Source: Candidatus Peregrinibacteria bacterium CG11_big_fil_rev_8_21_14_0_20_46_8
Lineage (GTDB): Bacteria > Patescibacteriota > Gracilibacteria > UBA1369 > UM-FILTER-53-11
DNA: 35,905 bases
Assembly: GCA_002796025.1 (NCBI GenBank)
Contig: PCVQ01000026.1
Location: 1-35,905, forward strand
Direction: 5' to 3'
Shown one piece after another: positions 7,755-16,385 of the stretch (its first letter is position 1; every line of letters begins with the position of its first letter). The translations under genes were made by a program, and so were the position numbers. Below the pieces are notes generated by a model that was not told the DNA's origin, ran no database searches, and saw nothing but the letters and a program-made list of their open reading frames with translations.

Positions 7755-9029
7755 ATGCAAATTACTGTTACCGAGCAACCAAAATCAGAAGTTCTTATTA
7801 AGGTGGAGGTAGCCTCCGAAGAGTTGAAGCAATATGAGGAGCAAACTGCACGCAATATATCTCAGCAAGTAGAAATTAAGGGATACCGTAAAGGCCAGGC
7901 GCCAAAGCTCGCGGTGCTTACCGCAGTTGGCCCCGAGCGTTTTAACGAAGAACTCCTGCGGGTTGCGCTTCCAATGACCTATGCAAAGGCGGTTCAAGAA
8001 AAAGAGTTGCGTGTTGTATCGCGTCCGGAAGTGAAGATTATTACTAATGATCCTTTAGTATATGAGGCGCGCGTTGCTCTTTTGCCAAAGGTAAATCTTG
8101 GCAAAATCGAAAATGTAACTATTCCAAAAAAGGAGATTATTGTTGATGATAAAGAGCTTGAGGCTTTATTGGAACAACTTAAAAAGTATCGTGCAACTTT
8201 TACTCCAATCGATCGTGCCATACAAAAAGGGGATCGTGTAGAAATTGATTTTGTCGGTACAGATGCCGAGGGCAAGCCGGTTGAAAATATGACTTCTAAA
8301 AATCATCCACTCTTTGTTGGCGAAAATACATTGATTCCAGGGTTTGAAGATCATCTTATCGGTATGAAGGTTGGAGAAAAAAAGAACTTCCCAATTACCT
8401 TTCCGAAGGACTATCACCACGAACCATCAGCCGGTAAAGAATTTACATTCGAAGTAGAGGTAAAGAAGGCAGAAGAACCTAACTTGCCCGAAATTACACC
8501 GGAGTTTATTAAAGAGGTAACTGGCCGTGAGCAAAGTGTCGAAGAGTTTAAAAAGAATATTAAAGAGGATGTCCGTGTTCAAAAAGAGCGCGAACAGCGT
8601 CAGCAGCGTGAAAATGAGCTCCTTGAAAAACTCGTGAAGGAAGCAAAGCTCGAAGTTCCACCTTCTCTCTTGCAAGAAGAGATTGAATACCTTATGTACG
8701 ACTTACAGCAAATGCTTCAGCAAAAGGGAATCGATATGCAGAAATATGAGGAGCATGTGCAGAAGAAGGGGCGAAATCTTAAGAAAGAGTATGAAGAAGA
8801 AGCGGATAAACGTATTCGGGTTAGGCTCGTGCTTCATCAACTCTTTGAGGAGCTAAATATTTCGGCAACGGAAGAAGAGATTACACAAGCAGTCGAGTCC
8901 TATATGCAGAGTGTCCCTCAAGAGCACCGCGAACAAGAGCAAAAGGCTCTTTCGCAAAAGCAGGGAAGATATGCGCAAATTGTGAATAACATTAAGCTCG
9001 ACAAAGTTTTTGCGAAGTTCTTGGAGTAG
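7755..9029 (+). CDS. tig: trigger factor
   Basis: 424 aa. The N-terminal ribosome-binding domain pattern is present (...GYRKGQAPKLAVL...). A central FKBP-type PPIase domain is also seen (DRVEIDFVGTDAEGKPVEN...LIPGFEDHLIGMKVGEKKNF). The C-terminal domain is helical. Confidence 0.95.
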   Translation: MQITVTEQPKSEVLIKVEVASEELKQYEEQTARNISQQVEIKGYRKGQAPKLAVLTAVGPERFNEELLRVALPMTYAKAVQEKELRVVSRPEVKIITNDPLVYEARVALLPKVNLGKIENVTIPKKEIIVDDKELEALLEQLKKYRATFTPIDRAIQKGDRVEIDFVGTDAEGKPVENMTSKNHPLFVGENTLIPGFEDHLIGMKVGEKKNFPITFPKDYHHEPSAGKEFTFEVEVKKAEEPNLPEITPEFIKEVTGREQSVEEFKKNIKEDVRVQKEREQRQQRENELLEKLVKEAKLEVPPSLLQEEIEYLMYDLQQMLQQKGIDMQKYEEHVQKKGRNLKKEYEEEADKRIRVRLVLHQLFEELNISATEEEITQAVESYMQSVPQEHREQEQKALSQKQGRYAQIVNNIKLDKVFAKFLE

Positions 9030-9047
9030 GATGATAAGAGCAGCCAC

Positions 9048-9076
9048 TTGTTTCCAAGGCGATTTTGTTCTATAAT
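9048..9076 (+). promoter_or_regulatory. promoter directly abutting the start codon of the small membrane protein gene
   Basis: TTGTTT (9048-9053), 17 nt, TATAAT (9071-9076). The ATG at 9083 is 6 nt downstream, so the transcript is predicted to be leaderless. Confidence 0.4.
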
Positions 9077-9082
9077 ATCTTT

Positions 9083-9334
9083 ATGAAAGGTTTTTATCTT
9101 GCGGGTTCGATAATTTTTACCGTACTTATTTTGATTGTGGGGTTCCAGAATTTTGGAGCAATCGTACAAGGCTTCGGTGTCTTCTTTACGAGCTTTAATG
9201 GCATAAGCGGAACTATGGTAGTATTTGGTTCGGCATTGCTTGGAATTTTTGCCGGGGGATTTTATTTTGGTTTTCTTCACTCACTCTTTAGTAAGAGTAG
9301 CGAAGATGATGAGGAAGGCGGAGCAGACTTCTAA
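9083..9334 (+). CDS. small two-TM membrane protein, LapA/DUF1049-like, with acidic tail
   Basis: MKGFYLAGSIIFTVLILIVGFQNF...MVVFGSALLGIFAGGFYFGFLHSLF...SSEDDEEGGADF. The track ORF starts at TTG 9065, but that position lies inside the promoter, so the ATG at 9083 is preferred. Confidence 0.6.
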   Translation: MKGFYLAGSIIFTVLILIVGFQNFGAIVQGFGVFFTSFNGISGTMVVFGSALLGIFAGGFYFGFLHSLFSKSSEDDEEGGADF

Positions 9335-9564
9335 CAAATTGAGCAATTTTTGTGCGCAAGATTTTAATGTTGAACACAAAAATTAATTTTTACTTTTCTT
9401 TTGGACTAGTTATTGATTCAAACTAGAACGTTTTTTTCTTTTTGCAATAGGATAAATTATATCTGTTGTTGGGTAGCCAAACATATTTATGACTACTTTT
9501 TTTGTTTTTATTCTTGACCGTTGAAATACTTTTTTATACAGTTATCAGCACGTGAATAAATTAT

Positions 9565-10137
9565 ATGCTCAAAAAACTTTTTACATCCGGCGCTCGCGTT
9601 AAGCTTCTAGAAATTTTCCTCCTCAATCCAGATGGAGAATTTTTTATTCGTGAATTAACACGCCGTCTCGATGAGCAAATCAATTCTATTCGTCGTGAAC
9701 TCACCAATCTTAAAAGCTGCGGCCTTCTCAAATCTCGCGTTAAAAACCGTAAAAAGTTTTATGTAGTTAATAAAAACTTTATCTTTTTTCATGAACTGCG
9801 CTCGATAGTTCTTAAAGAAGCCCGTGGACTTGATGATTTGGCAAAGCGCATTCAAAAACTTGGTGATGTTGATCTTTTAGTACTCTCCGGGATTTTCCTC
9901 GAAAAAGAGTCACCAACTGATCTTTTTACGGTTGGGAATATTAATAAAGAGGATATCGATAATATGCTGAGTGAATTTACTGAAGGACAAAGTGCACCGG
10001 TTCGCATGAGTGTCATGAGTCGTGAGGATTTTCTGTATCGCCTAAAAATACGCGATAAATTCGTCATGGAAACGCTTCGTGATCCCGAAAATCTTATTGC
10101 TGTAAATAAGCTTGAAAAACAGATAGAAGATAGGTAA
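9565..10137 (+). CDS. winged-helix (ArsR/MarR-like) DNA-binding protein with C-terminal domain of unknown function
   Basis: The N-terminus SGARVKLLEIFLLNPDGEFFIRELTRRLDEQINSIRRELTNLKSCGLLKSRVKNRKKFYVVN fits a wHTH pattern of helix-turn-helix plus a beta wing. Confidence 0.7.
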   Translation: MLKKLFTSGARVKLLEIFLLNPDGEFFIRELTRRLDEQINSIRRELTNLKSCGLLKSRVKNRKKFYVVNKNFIFFHELRSIVLKEARGLDDLAKRIQKLGDVDLLVLSGIFLEKESPTDLFTVGNINKEDIDNMLSEFTEGQSAPVRMSVMSREDFLYRLKIRDKFVMETLRDPENLIAVNKLEKQIEDR

Positions 10138-10149
10138 AGTAGGCTAGCT

Positions 10150-10593
10150 ATGATTAAAGAATTCGAACAAACTCAACTCAAAAAGAAGCACGCAAACGTC
10201 CAGTTTAAGCCAGGAATGATTGTTCGTGTGCAGCAGAAAATTCTCGAAGGAGACAAAGAGCGCCTGCAGGCTTTTGAGGGACTTGTTATTAAAGTGAGCA
10301 GTGGCAGCGGGCCCAATAAAACTATTACCGTGCGCAAGGTTGTTGGCGGTGTAGGCGTAGAAAAGATTATTCCTATTCACTCGCCGCTTGTTGACCATAT
10401 AGAGATTCGTAAACAGATGGCGGTGCGCCGTGCAAAACTCTATTACATGCGTGATGAAAAGCGTACAAAGCGCTTATATGAGGACAGAACAAAGAAGATT
10501 GCCGAAGTTCCTGTAGAAGAGCCAAAAGCAAAGGCACCGGTTAAGGAGGAAGAGCCAGCGGTTGAGACCGAAGAAGCGCCAAAAGACGAATAG
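10150..10593 (+). CDS. rplS: 50S ribosomal protein L19 with Lys/Glu/Pro-rich C-terminal extension
   Basis: FKPGMIVRVQQKILEGDKERLQAFEGLVIKVSSGSGPNKTITVRKVVGGVGVEKIIPIHSPLVDHIEIRKQMAVRRAKLYYMR is the canonical L19 core. Confidence 0.93.
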   Translation: MIKEFEQTQLKKKHANVQFKPGMIVRVQQKILEGDKERLQAFEGLVIKVSSGSGPNKTITVRKVVGGVGVEKIIPIHSPLVDHIEIRKQMAVRRAKLYYMRDEKRTKRLYEDRTKKIAEVPVEEPKAKAPVKEEEPAVETEEAPKDE

Positions 10594-10600
10594 TTATGCT

Positions 10601-11665
10601 ATGCGTATTACAATTGTCGGCAATTTCGGGTGCGGCAACCTCGGTGACGAGGCAATTTTGTCTGGCCTTAAAACGCTGATTTTAAAAAAGCATCGAGGGG
10701 CAGAGATTACTGTATTAGGAAAGGGAAAGCTACTACCAATAGGCCTTCGCTCTTTTTTAAAGTCCCTCGTACAGTGGCGATTGTGGAGTCAGCCTTTGCA
10801 CGCTCTCAAGGAGGCTGACTACGTCATTATTGGGGGCGGTGGACTCTTTACAGATGAAGAGTCCCGAAGAGGAACTGTATTATGGACATTGCACGGTATT
10901 GTTGCCCATTTTATGGGCCGAAAGGTCTTATGCCTTGGGGTAAGTATTGGAAAAATGGGCTGGTTGAGTACTCAACTTGCCAAGGTGCTTTTTCGGAGAG
11001 CGCTGTCTGTAGTTGTGCGGGATAAAAAATCTTTAGATCGCTCGCTTGCGTGGGGGATAGATGCAGCATTAGCACCGGACCTTGCATTGGCTAATGATGT
11101 ACAGCTTGAAAGTTCCGAGGTGAATACGGCTAGCGAAAAATATGTTGTTATAAATCTTCGTGAGTTCAAAAATTATAATGAAAAAATGATACAATTATTT
11201 GTTCAATTAGCTGATTTTTTAGTTGCTGATTTTGGCTATAAAATAGTATTTTTACCGCTTTCAACGGATGCCCATTCTGACTCTTATATTTTGAATAAAA
11301 TTCTTATTCAAATGAAACATTCTGAGAAGGCAGAAGTTGATGATGAAAAAGACACAATTTACGAAATCGTCAACCTTATGTGTGGCGCTGAATTAGTAAT
11401 TTCTATGCGCCTCCATGGAAGCATTTTTTCTATTCTTGCCGAAGTTCCGGTACTCCCTATTGCATATATGGACAAAGTCAAAAACTTCTGGTCTGGCGAA
11501 CAATTGAAGGTGACGCCACTATCTGTTGAATCTATAACTTTAGAAGTATTAAAAAAGGATGTGCTTGAGCATCTGAATTCGCGTGAGCGAATGCAGCGCA
11601 ATATGCGAGATTATAAAAAGGAGCTTGCTGTCAGATTCGATCCCGTGACTCGTCCAATTCTATGA
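10601..11665 (+). CDS. polysaccharide pyruvyl transferase family protein (CsaB-like)
   Basis: The N-terminus MRITIVGNFGCGNLGDEAILSGL, then ...IIGGGGLF... and ...MRLHGSIF are typical of the PS_pyruv_trans family. The ATG at 10601 is preferred over the TTG at 10562, which overlaps rplS. Confidence 0.8.
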   Translation: MRITIVGNFGCGNLGDEAILSGLKTLILKKHRGAEITVLGKGKLLPIGLRSFLKSLVQWRLWSQPLHALKEADYVIIGGGGLFTDEESRRGTVLWTLHGIVAHFMGRKVLCLGVSIGKMGWLSTQLAKVLFRRALSVVVRDKKSLDRSLAWGIDAALAPDLALANDVQLESSEVNTASEKYVVINLREFKNYNEKMIQLFVQLADFLVADFGYKIVFLPLSTDAHSDSYILNKILIQMKHSEKAEVDDEKDTIYEIVNLMCGAELVISMRLHGSIFSILAEVPVLPIAYMDKVKNFWSGEQLKVTPLSVESITLEVLKKDVLEHLNSRERMQRNMRDYKKELAVRFDPVTRPIL

Positions 11666-11676
11666 TAGCAATCAAT

Positions 11677-11704
11677 TTGACAAAAAAGTCCAAATTGGTA
11701 CTAT
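11677..11704 (+). promoter_or_regulatory. sigma70-type promoter upstream of the secreted-protein gene pair
   Basis: TTGACA (11677-11682), 16 nt, TACTAT (11699-11704), about 28 nt upstream of the ATG at 11733. Confidence 0.4.
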
Positions 11705-11732
11705 ATGCACCTTTCTTTAAATTAAAACGCCT

Positions 11733-13064
11733 ATGAAAGTCGAACGACCAGAAAAAATAACGGAGCAGGAAGCTATGGAAATCACCTCGGATGCAGGTTA
11801 TACATCCGAAGGCCCCTCTGACTGGAGGAGTTCCTTAAAAACTTCAGTTCGCAAGCGCAGATTCGGAACTGCTGCACAAATCGCTGCTTTGGGCGCGGTT
11901 CTGTCGGCACCAGCTACAGTCTCTGCTGGAGGCGGAACCAGTTACCATATAGAGCTTGAAAATCCCGAAAAGAGTGCGGCCTGGCAGGCAGTTCCTGTTG
12001 TAGCATATACAGGAGAAAAAATACCATATCGCTTTGAGGATGAAGGGAGAATACTTGTAATTCAAACACGTGCAGGTGCTTTAATTGAGCTTCGCGGCCA
12101 ATGTCCATCGCGGGCCTATGATCCATCGACAACAGTCGAGCTCCTGAACGTGAATCCCAAAGATAATACATTGGGCCCGGCAGTAACCGACCGCCCTGCA
12201 AATTCACTCTTCATTGAAACAGAGGCTCCAAATGTCCTACCAACTGGCAATTGGATAATTCCGGAATTTCATGTGCCGCATGTTCCACCAGGAAGTAAAT
12301 TAACCGGTTTTATTAATTGTAAATTTGATGGATCTGATAGTGACAGTGTGTTGCGTGTTATTATTGAAGTTGATTCAGGGGGACCAGGCGGCCATGGTAG
12401 AGGAGGAAGAGGGGCCTGGGAATATCCGCCACTACATACGCCACGAAAAGGTGCACGAACGGGTACACCAAAAGATTCTGAATATTCTGCACGCCGTCGC
12501 CGTCCGGTTGAGGTCGATGAGGGTGCACAAAATAAACTCTTTGCCCGCGTGCTTGCCACATTGCCGCAGGCGGATACGAGCGGACTGCTTCCGGGTGTCG
12601 AAATCGAATATCAACATGCGATCACCCGCTATCTCTTATTGGCAGTATTTGCAGGATACTATCGCGGTGAAGGAAGTACCTGGTTTATGCATCCAAGCGG
12701 TGACAAGGCACTTTCTGAGGCAGCATTTGTCGAATTTGAGTCACTTCTTGCAGGTGCAGGTTTAGAGTGGAATTATCCTCTTACAAAGCGTGTTGCAGTG
12801 CGAGCAGCACTTCATGCCGTGCTGGCAGGAACATTTGGCGAAGAGGTACCGCAAGGTACGGCAGCAGGTGGTGTTGGTGCAGCACTTCGCTTAAGTACAG
12901 GTATTGATTTTTCTTTAGCACCTGAGTCATGGAAAGATGATGAAGAAGGCATAACTGATTTTGGCGTAGGTGTTGGTGTTAACGGGCACCCTGCCGGTAT
13001 TAATGCACATCCAGGAGTCGTACCGCAGTTGAGTTTTGAATTGCGTGGTGGTGTCTCATTCTAA
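11733..13064 (+). CDS. secreted hypothetical protein with an RR-containing signal peptide, a Gly/Arg-rich linker and a beta-barrel-like C-terminal domain ending in Phe
   Basis: The signal-like segment is SVRKRRFGTAAQIAALGAVLSAPATVSA|GGG (residues about 38-65). The low-complexity linker is GGPGGHGRGGRGAW...RRRRP. The last 170 aa or so have alternating hydrophobic/polar strands and end ...VVPQLSFELRGGVSF. Confidence 0.75.
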   Translation: MKVERPEKITEQEAMEITSDAGYTSEGPSDWRSSLKTSVRKRRFGTAAQIAALGAVLSAPATVSAGGGTSYHIELENPEKSAAWQAVPVVAYTGEKIPYRFEDEGRILVIQTRAGALIELRGQCPSRAYDPSTTVELLNVNPKDNTLGPAVTDRPANSLFIETEAPNVLPTGNWIIPEFHVPHVPPGSKLTGFINCKFDGSDSDSVLRVIIEVDSGGPGGHGRGGRGAWEYPPLHTPRKGARTGTPKDSEYSARRRRPVEVDEGAQNKLFARVLATLPQADTSGLLPGVEIEYQHAITRYLLLAVFAGYYRGEGSTWFMHPSGDKALSEAAFVEFESLLAGAGLEWNYPLTKRVAVRAALHAVLAGTFGEEVPQGTAAGGVGAALRLSTGIDFSLAPESWKDDEEGITDFGVGVGVNGHPAGINAHPGVVPQLSFELRGGVSF

Positions 13065-13108
13065 GTTTTTCATATTAGCCCGACTCGTATTTATAACCAC
13101 TCGATACT

Positions 13109-14638
13109 ATGAAATTACGCTCATCAGCGCGCACTGCGCCTGCGCCGCTTAGTCCGCCAAAGAGGATTAATCCAAAATACACACGTCTTATTTCACAGTT
13201 TTTTACTGCAGCCGTCCTGAGTACTGCCGGATGCAAAGCTCCTGTTGCAAATGGCTTGTTACATGGCGATGCAGAGACGCCGGCACACGCGGATGCAGCG
13301 CAAGTCGCACCGCAACCCGACGCAGGCTTTCCAGCACATCCAGACGCAGTGATTGTATTTCCCGATGCAATGGAAATCGACAGCGGCGCAGCCGATGCTG
13401 GTATGTTGATTGATGCGGGTACTGCTGTGGATACTGGAGCTGGTGGAGACCCTGTTACCGATAGCGACAATGATGGTGTGCTTGATGATGATGATAACTG
13501 TCGTACAACCCCAAATTCGGACCAAGCAGACGCTGATCGTGATCGCGTAGGAGATGTTTGCGACAATGCACCAAATACACCAAACCGCACACAACGTGAT
13601 GATGATAACGATGGTATAGGCGATGCCGTTGATAACTGTAATTCTGTTCCAACTCAAGATCAATCAGATACTGATGGGGACCAGGTGGGGGACGCATGTG
13701 ACTGCGAACCTAACGATCCAAATATTCACGGTGCAAATCTTCCAAGGACAGTAGCTGCAACAGATCCGGCTTGCGATGGAATCGATCAAAATTGTGATGG
13801 AATTGATACCGGCGGAGCAAACTGCGAAGGAGTAATTGGCGATACAAGACCATTTGGAGCAACCGATCTTGGCAGTTGTGAATTTGGTGAAGAAGTAGTT
13901 GTCCCTCTTTTTAATAATGCAGGTGAAATTGTAGGCAGCAGATATGTTGTTCGTACTGCTTCAGTCGGCCCTCAGCGTGAGCGATGCGACGACAGGTTGG
14001 ACAACGATTGTGATGGCGCAGTAAATAATGGCTGCGCATGTACATATGATGTTGCAACTCCCGCAAATAATGAATTGAATTGTGGGCCTACCGATGTAGG
14101 AGATTGTGAATTTGGAACTCAACGCTGCATGCCGGACGGTACATTGACTGAGTGCATCGGAGCTCGGCTTCCCGAGGCAGTGGAAGATCCTGATCCTGCT
14201 ACAGACAGAAACTGTAATGGAAATCCGACCGATGGCTTTCCAACACTGGGTGATACATGTGGAATTGGGGTATGTGCAGGCGGCATTATAGAGGCGACAA
14301 ATCTGCAAGCAACGACAGTTGCAGCTGCAGGCCTTCGTTGCTCGACAATGCCCGGTGGCTCAGCTGATGCTTCAGGTCCGGAACTGTGTAATCGTCAAGA
14401 CGATGACTGTAATGGAAGAACAGACGACGCTCAGTTCCCACGCATTAACAGTAACCCGGCTACCGGAATGTCAGAGATGTTAAGACCAGGCGAAATTTGC
14501 ATCAACAGTGTAACAACAACAACGGTACCTCAGTTTCAAATTAGCGATCGCATTTGTGCTACAGAATGCTTCCCTATTGGTACACAAAATACACACTGCC
14601 CTGAAAATCCAGCAGTATGTATTGATGTTGTTCGCTAA
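13109..14638 (+). CDS. probable lipoprotein with thrombospondin type-3-like Ca-binding repeats and Cys-rich CxxxDxDCDG-type (MopE-like putative metal-binding) motifs
   Basis: A lipobox-like LSTAGC lies at residues 37-42. TSP3-like repeats are [62 protein letters not shown]. Cys-rich motifs are [44 protein letters not shown]. Confidence 0.85.
   Translation: MKLRSSARTAPAPLSPPKRINPKYTRLISQFFTAAVLSTAGCKAPVANGLLHGDAETPAHADAAQVAPQPDAGFPAHPDAVIVFPDAMEIDSGAADAGMLIDAGTAVDTGAGGDPVTDSDNDGVLDDDDNCRTTPNSDQADADRDRVGDVCDNAPNTPNRTQRDDDNDGIGDAVDNCNSVPTQDQSDTDGDQVGDACDCEPNDPNIHGANLPRTVAATDPACDGIDQNCDGIDTGGANCEGVIGDTRPFGATDLGSCEFGEEVVVPLFNNAGEIVGSRYVVRTASVGPQRERCDDRLDNDCDGAVNNGCACTYDVATPANNELNCGPTDVGDCEFGTQRCMPDGTLTECIGARLPEAVEDPDPATDRNCNGNPTDGFPTLGDTCGIGVCAGGIIEATNLQATTVAAAGLRCSTMPGGSADASGPELCNRQDDDCNGRTDDAQFPRINSNPATGMSEMLRPGEICINSVTTTTVPQFQISDRICATECFPIGTQNTHCPENPAVCIDVVR
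13457..13702 (+). repeat. tandem TSP3-like Asp-rich calcium-binding repeats (protein-level repeat inside CDS 13109-14638)
   Basis: Residues about 117-198 carry repeated DxDxDGxxDxxDNC...DQxDxDxDxxGDxCD units. Confidence 0.7.
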
Positions 14639-14641
14639 TAA

Positions 14642-15571
14642 TCAGTGATTCTGCGTACCAACTTTAGAGAGGCATCGGGCGGCGAGCTCGGTGCCTTTTT
14701 TGCAGGCGGTTATGAGAAGTTCGGCGTTGAGCGATTCGATGTTCGCGCTGCTTGTATTCGATAATTCATGCAAAAGACCTGCGCGAAAAGCGTCACCGCA
14801 CCCGGTGGGATCAACAACTTCGACACCCTTGGCTCCTTCTATCTCATATAGTTTGCCGTCAAAAAACAAGTGCGCACCCTTTTCTCCAAGCGTTATAACA
14901 ACAAAGGGGGCAATTTTTTTCAATGCATTAAAATCCATGCCGCTCTGCTTTTGCACAAGCCCGGCCTCGTACTCGTTCATAATCATACCCAATGAAGATG
15001 CTGCATAGTCGCGCAGCTCGTCGCCGCTAAAGATCGGCGTTGCTTGGCCGGGGTCAAAGATGTAGGGGATTGCATGCTGGCGGAATTTTTCCACGGCAAT
15101 ACGCATAAATCCCTTGCCGTTTGGGGCAACAATGCCGAGCATCGCCTCGGCTGCCAAAGTATCGATGTGCGCACCCATCGCCACCTCATCCGGTTCAGAA
15201 TCCGCTGCTGCGCCCAAATAAAAGAAGGTAATTTGCTGACCCTTTTTGTCCGTTACAATGGCAGCTTGAGACGTATATTTATCTTCACGTCGAACTACAT
15301 AGCGTGACCCGATATTTTGCTTGGCAAGATAATCTTCATACTCAGTATAGTCGCGCCCAGCTACACCAAGCATAATAAAGCCGTCGCCCAACTGCGCTCC
15401 GGTATACAAAATATTCGCGGCGCATCCCCCATAAAAAATCTTCTTCTCGTTAATATCAAACGCTACGCTGATATGTGCCGCGGTAGGGTCGAGTGAATCC
15501 TGAAAGAGCCCGGGGAAACTATATAAATAGTCGTACGCAATTGAGCCGGTAACGAGAATTTTGTTTTTCAT
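14642..15571 (-). CDS. PfkB-family carbohydrate/nucleoside kinase
   Basis: 309 aa. The C-terminal signature VVDPTGCGDAFRAGLL (PfkB motif 2) is present, along with the N-terminal MKNKILVTGSIAYDY... Its ATG is 1 nt after the rfbA stop. Confidence 0.85.
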   Translation of the reverse strand: MKNKILVTGSIAYDYLYSFPGLFQDSLDPTAAHISVAFDINEKKIFYGGCAANILYTGAQLGDGFIMLGVAGRDYTEYEDYLAKQNIGSRYVVRREDKYTSQAAIVTDKKGQQITFFYLGAAADSEPDEVAMGAHIDTLAAEAMLGIVAPNGKGFMRIAVEKFRQHAIPYIFDPGQATPIFSGDELRDYAASSLGMIMNEYEAGLVQKQSGMDFNALKKIAPFVVITLGEKGAHLFFDGKLYEIEGAKGVEVVDPTGCGDAFRAGLLHELSNTSSANIESLNAELLITACKKGTELAARCLSKVGTQNH

Positions 15572-15572
15572 A

Positions 15573-16385
15573 TTATGAGCGAATTCTTTGTGGCAACGAC
15601 TGTCCGGCAGCGGGCGTCCGCTTTAAATTTCGCTGGGAGCGCCGTTTAATGGAATCTTCAAATGGCGTGCGCAGGCCGGCACGTACTAAACTCCGGGCAA
15701 CTTGATTTGCACGATGCAAACTTTCGAATGTCCCAGCATCCGTCCACGCACCGTTTAACGTGGTATATGACATACGGCCGCGCTCAATATACACATTATT
15801 CACATCGGTAATTTCAAATTCCCCGCGCGCACTTGGTGTTAAATTCCGTACGATATCAAAAATCTCATTATCATACAGATAGAGTCCGGTAACCGCTAAA
15901 TTTGTAGGCGGATTTTTCGGTTTTTCGAGAATACGCGTGACCACTCCATCTTCGATCTCTGCCACACCAAATCGCTGTGCATCCTGAATCTCCTTTAAGA
16001 AGATATGTGCTCCGCCGTGAAATGCAGCCATAGTACTGGCAACTTGGTCTTCCAAAATATTGTCGCCGAGCATGACGGCCATATAATCTTTATCCACAAA
16101 ATCTTCTGCGAGCGAGAGCGCATGAGCAATACCAAGCGCCTCTTCCTGCACCTCGAATGTAAAGCGGCAACCGTAGTCGCGGCCCGAACCAAGAAGCTTT
16201 AAAAAGCCGCCGGCATACTCGCTACCGGTTACAATAAGAATATCTCGAATGCCCGCTCCAATAAGGGTATTGAGCGGATAGAAGATCATCGGCTTGTTAT
16301 AGACCGGAAGCAAATGCTTGTTTGTAACCTCGGTTAAAGGTTTCAGCCTGTTTCCATGGCCGCCGGCCAAAATGATTCCTTTCAT
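15573..16385 (-). CDS. rfbA: glucose-1-phosphate thymidylyltransferase (short RmlA-type sugar nucleotidyltransferase)
   Basis: MKGIILAGGHGNRLKPLTEVTNKHLLPVYNKPMIFYPL... is the G-x-G-T/N-R-L nucleotidyltransferase motif. An ATGA start/stop overlap with rfbD lies at 16382-16385. Confidence 0.88.
   Translation of the reverse strand: MKGIILAGGHGNRLKPLTEVTNKHLLPVYNKPMIFYPLNTLIGAGIRDILIVTGSEYAGGFLKLLGSGRDYGCRFTFEVQEEALGIAHALSLAEDFVDKDYMAVMLGDNILEDQVASTMAAFHGGAHIFLKEIQDAQRFGVAEIEDGVVTRILEKPKNPPTNLAVTGLYLYDNEIFDIVRNLTPSARGEFEITDVNNVYIERGRMSYTTLNGAWTDAGTFESLHRANQVARSLVRAGLRTPFEDSIKRRSQRNLKRTPAAGQSLPQRIRS

Noticed and set aside
13075-14308. Minus-strand ORFs antisense to the TSP3/Cys-rich gene (13075-13590, 13259-13663, 13455-13697, 13961-14308).
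   Set aside because: They arise from the GC-rich, repetitive Asp-codon (GAY) stretches read backwards, giving Ile/Val/Ser/Cys/His-rich strings. The sense strand has clear repeat motifs.
16090-16098. Perfect DnaA-box consensus TTATCCACA.
   Set aside because: It is a single copy inside the rfbA coding sequence. There is no cluster, no AT-rich unwinding element and no dnaA/dnaN nearby, so it is not an origin.
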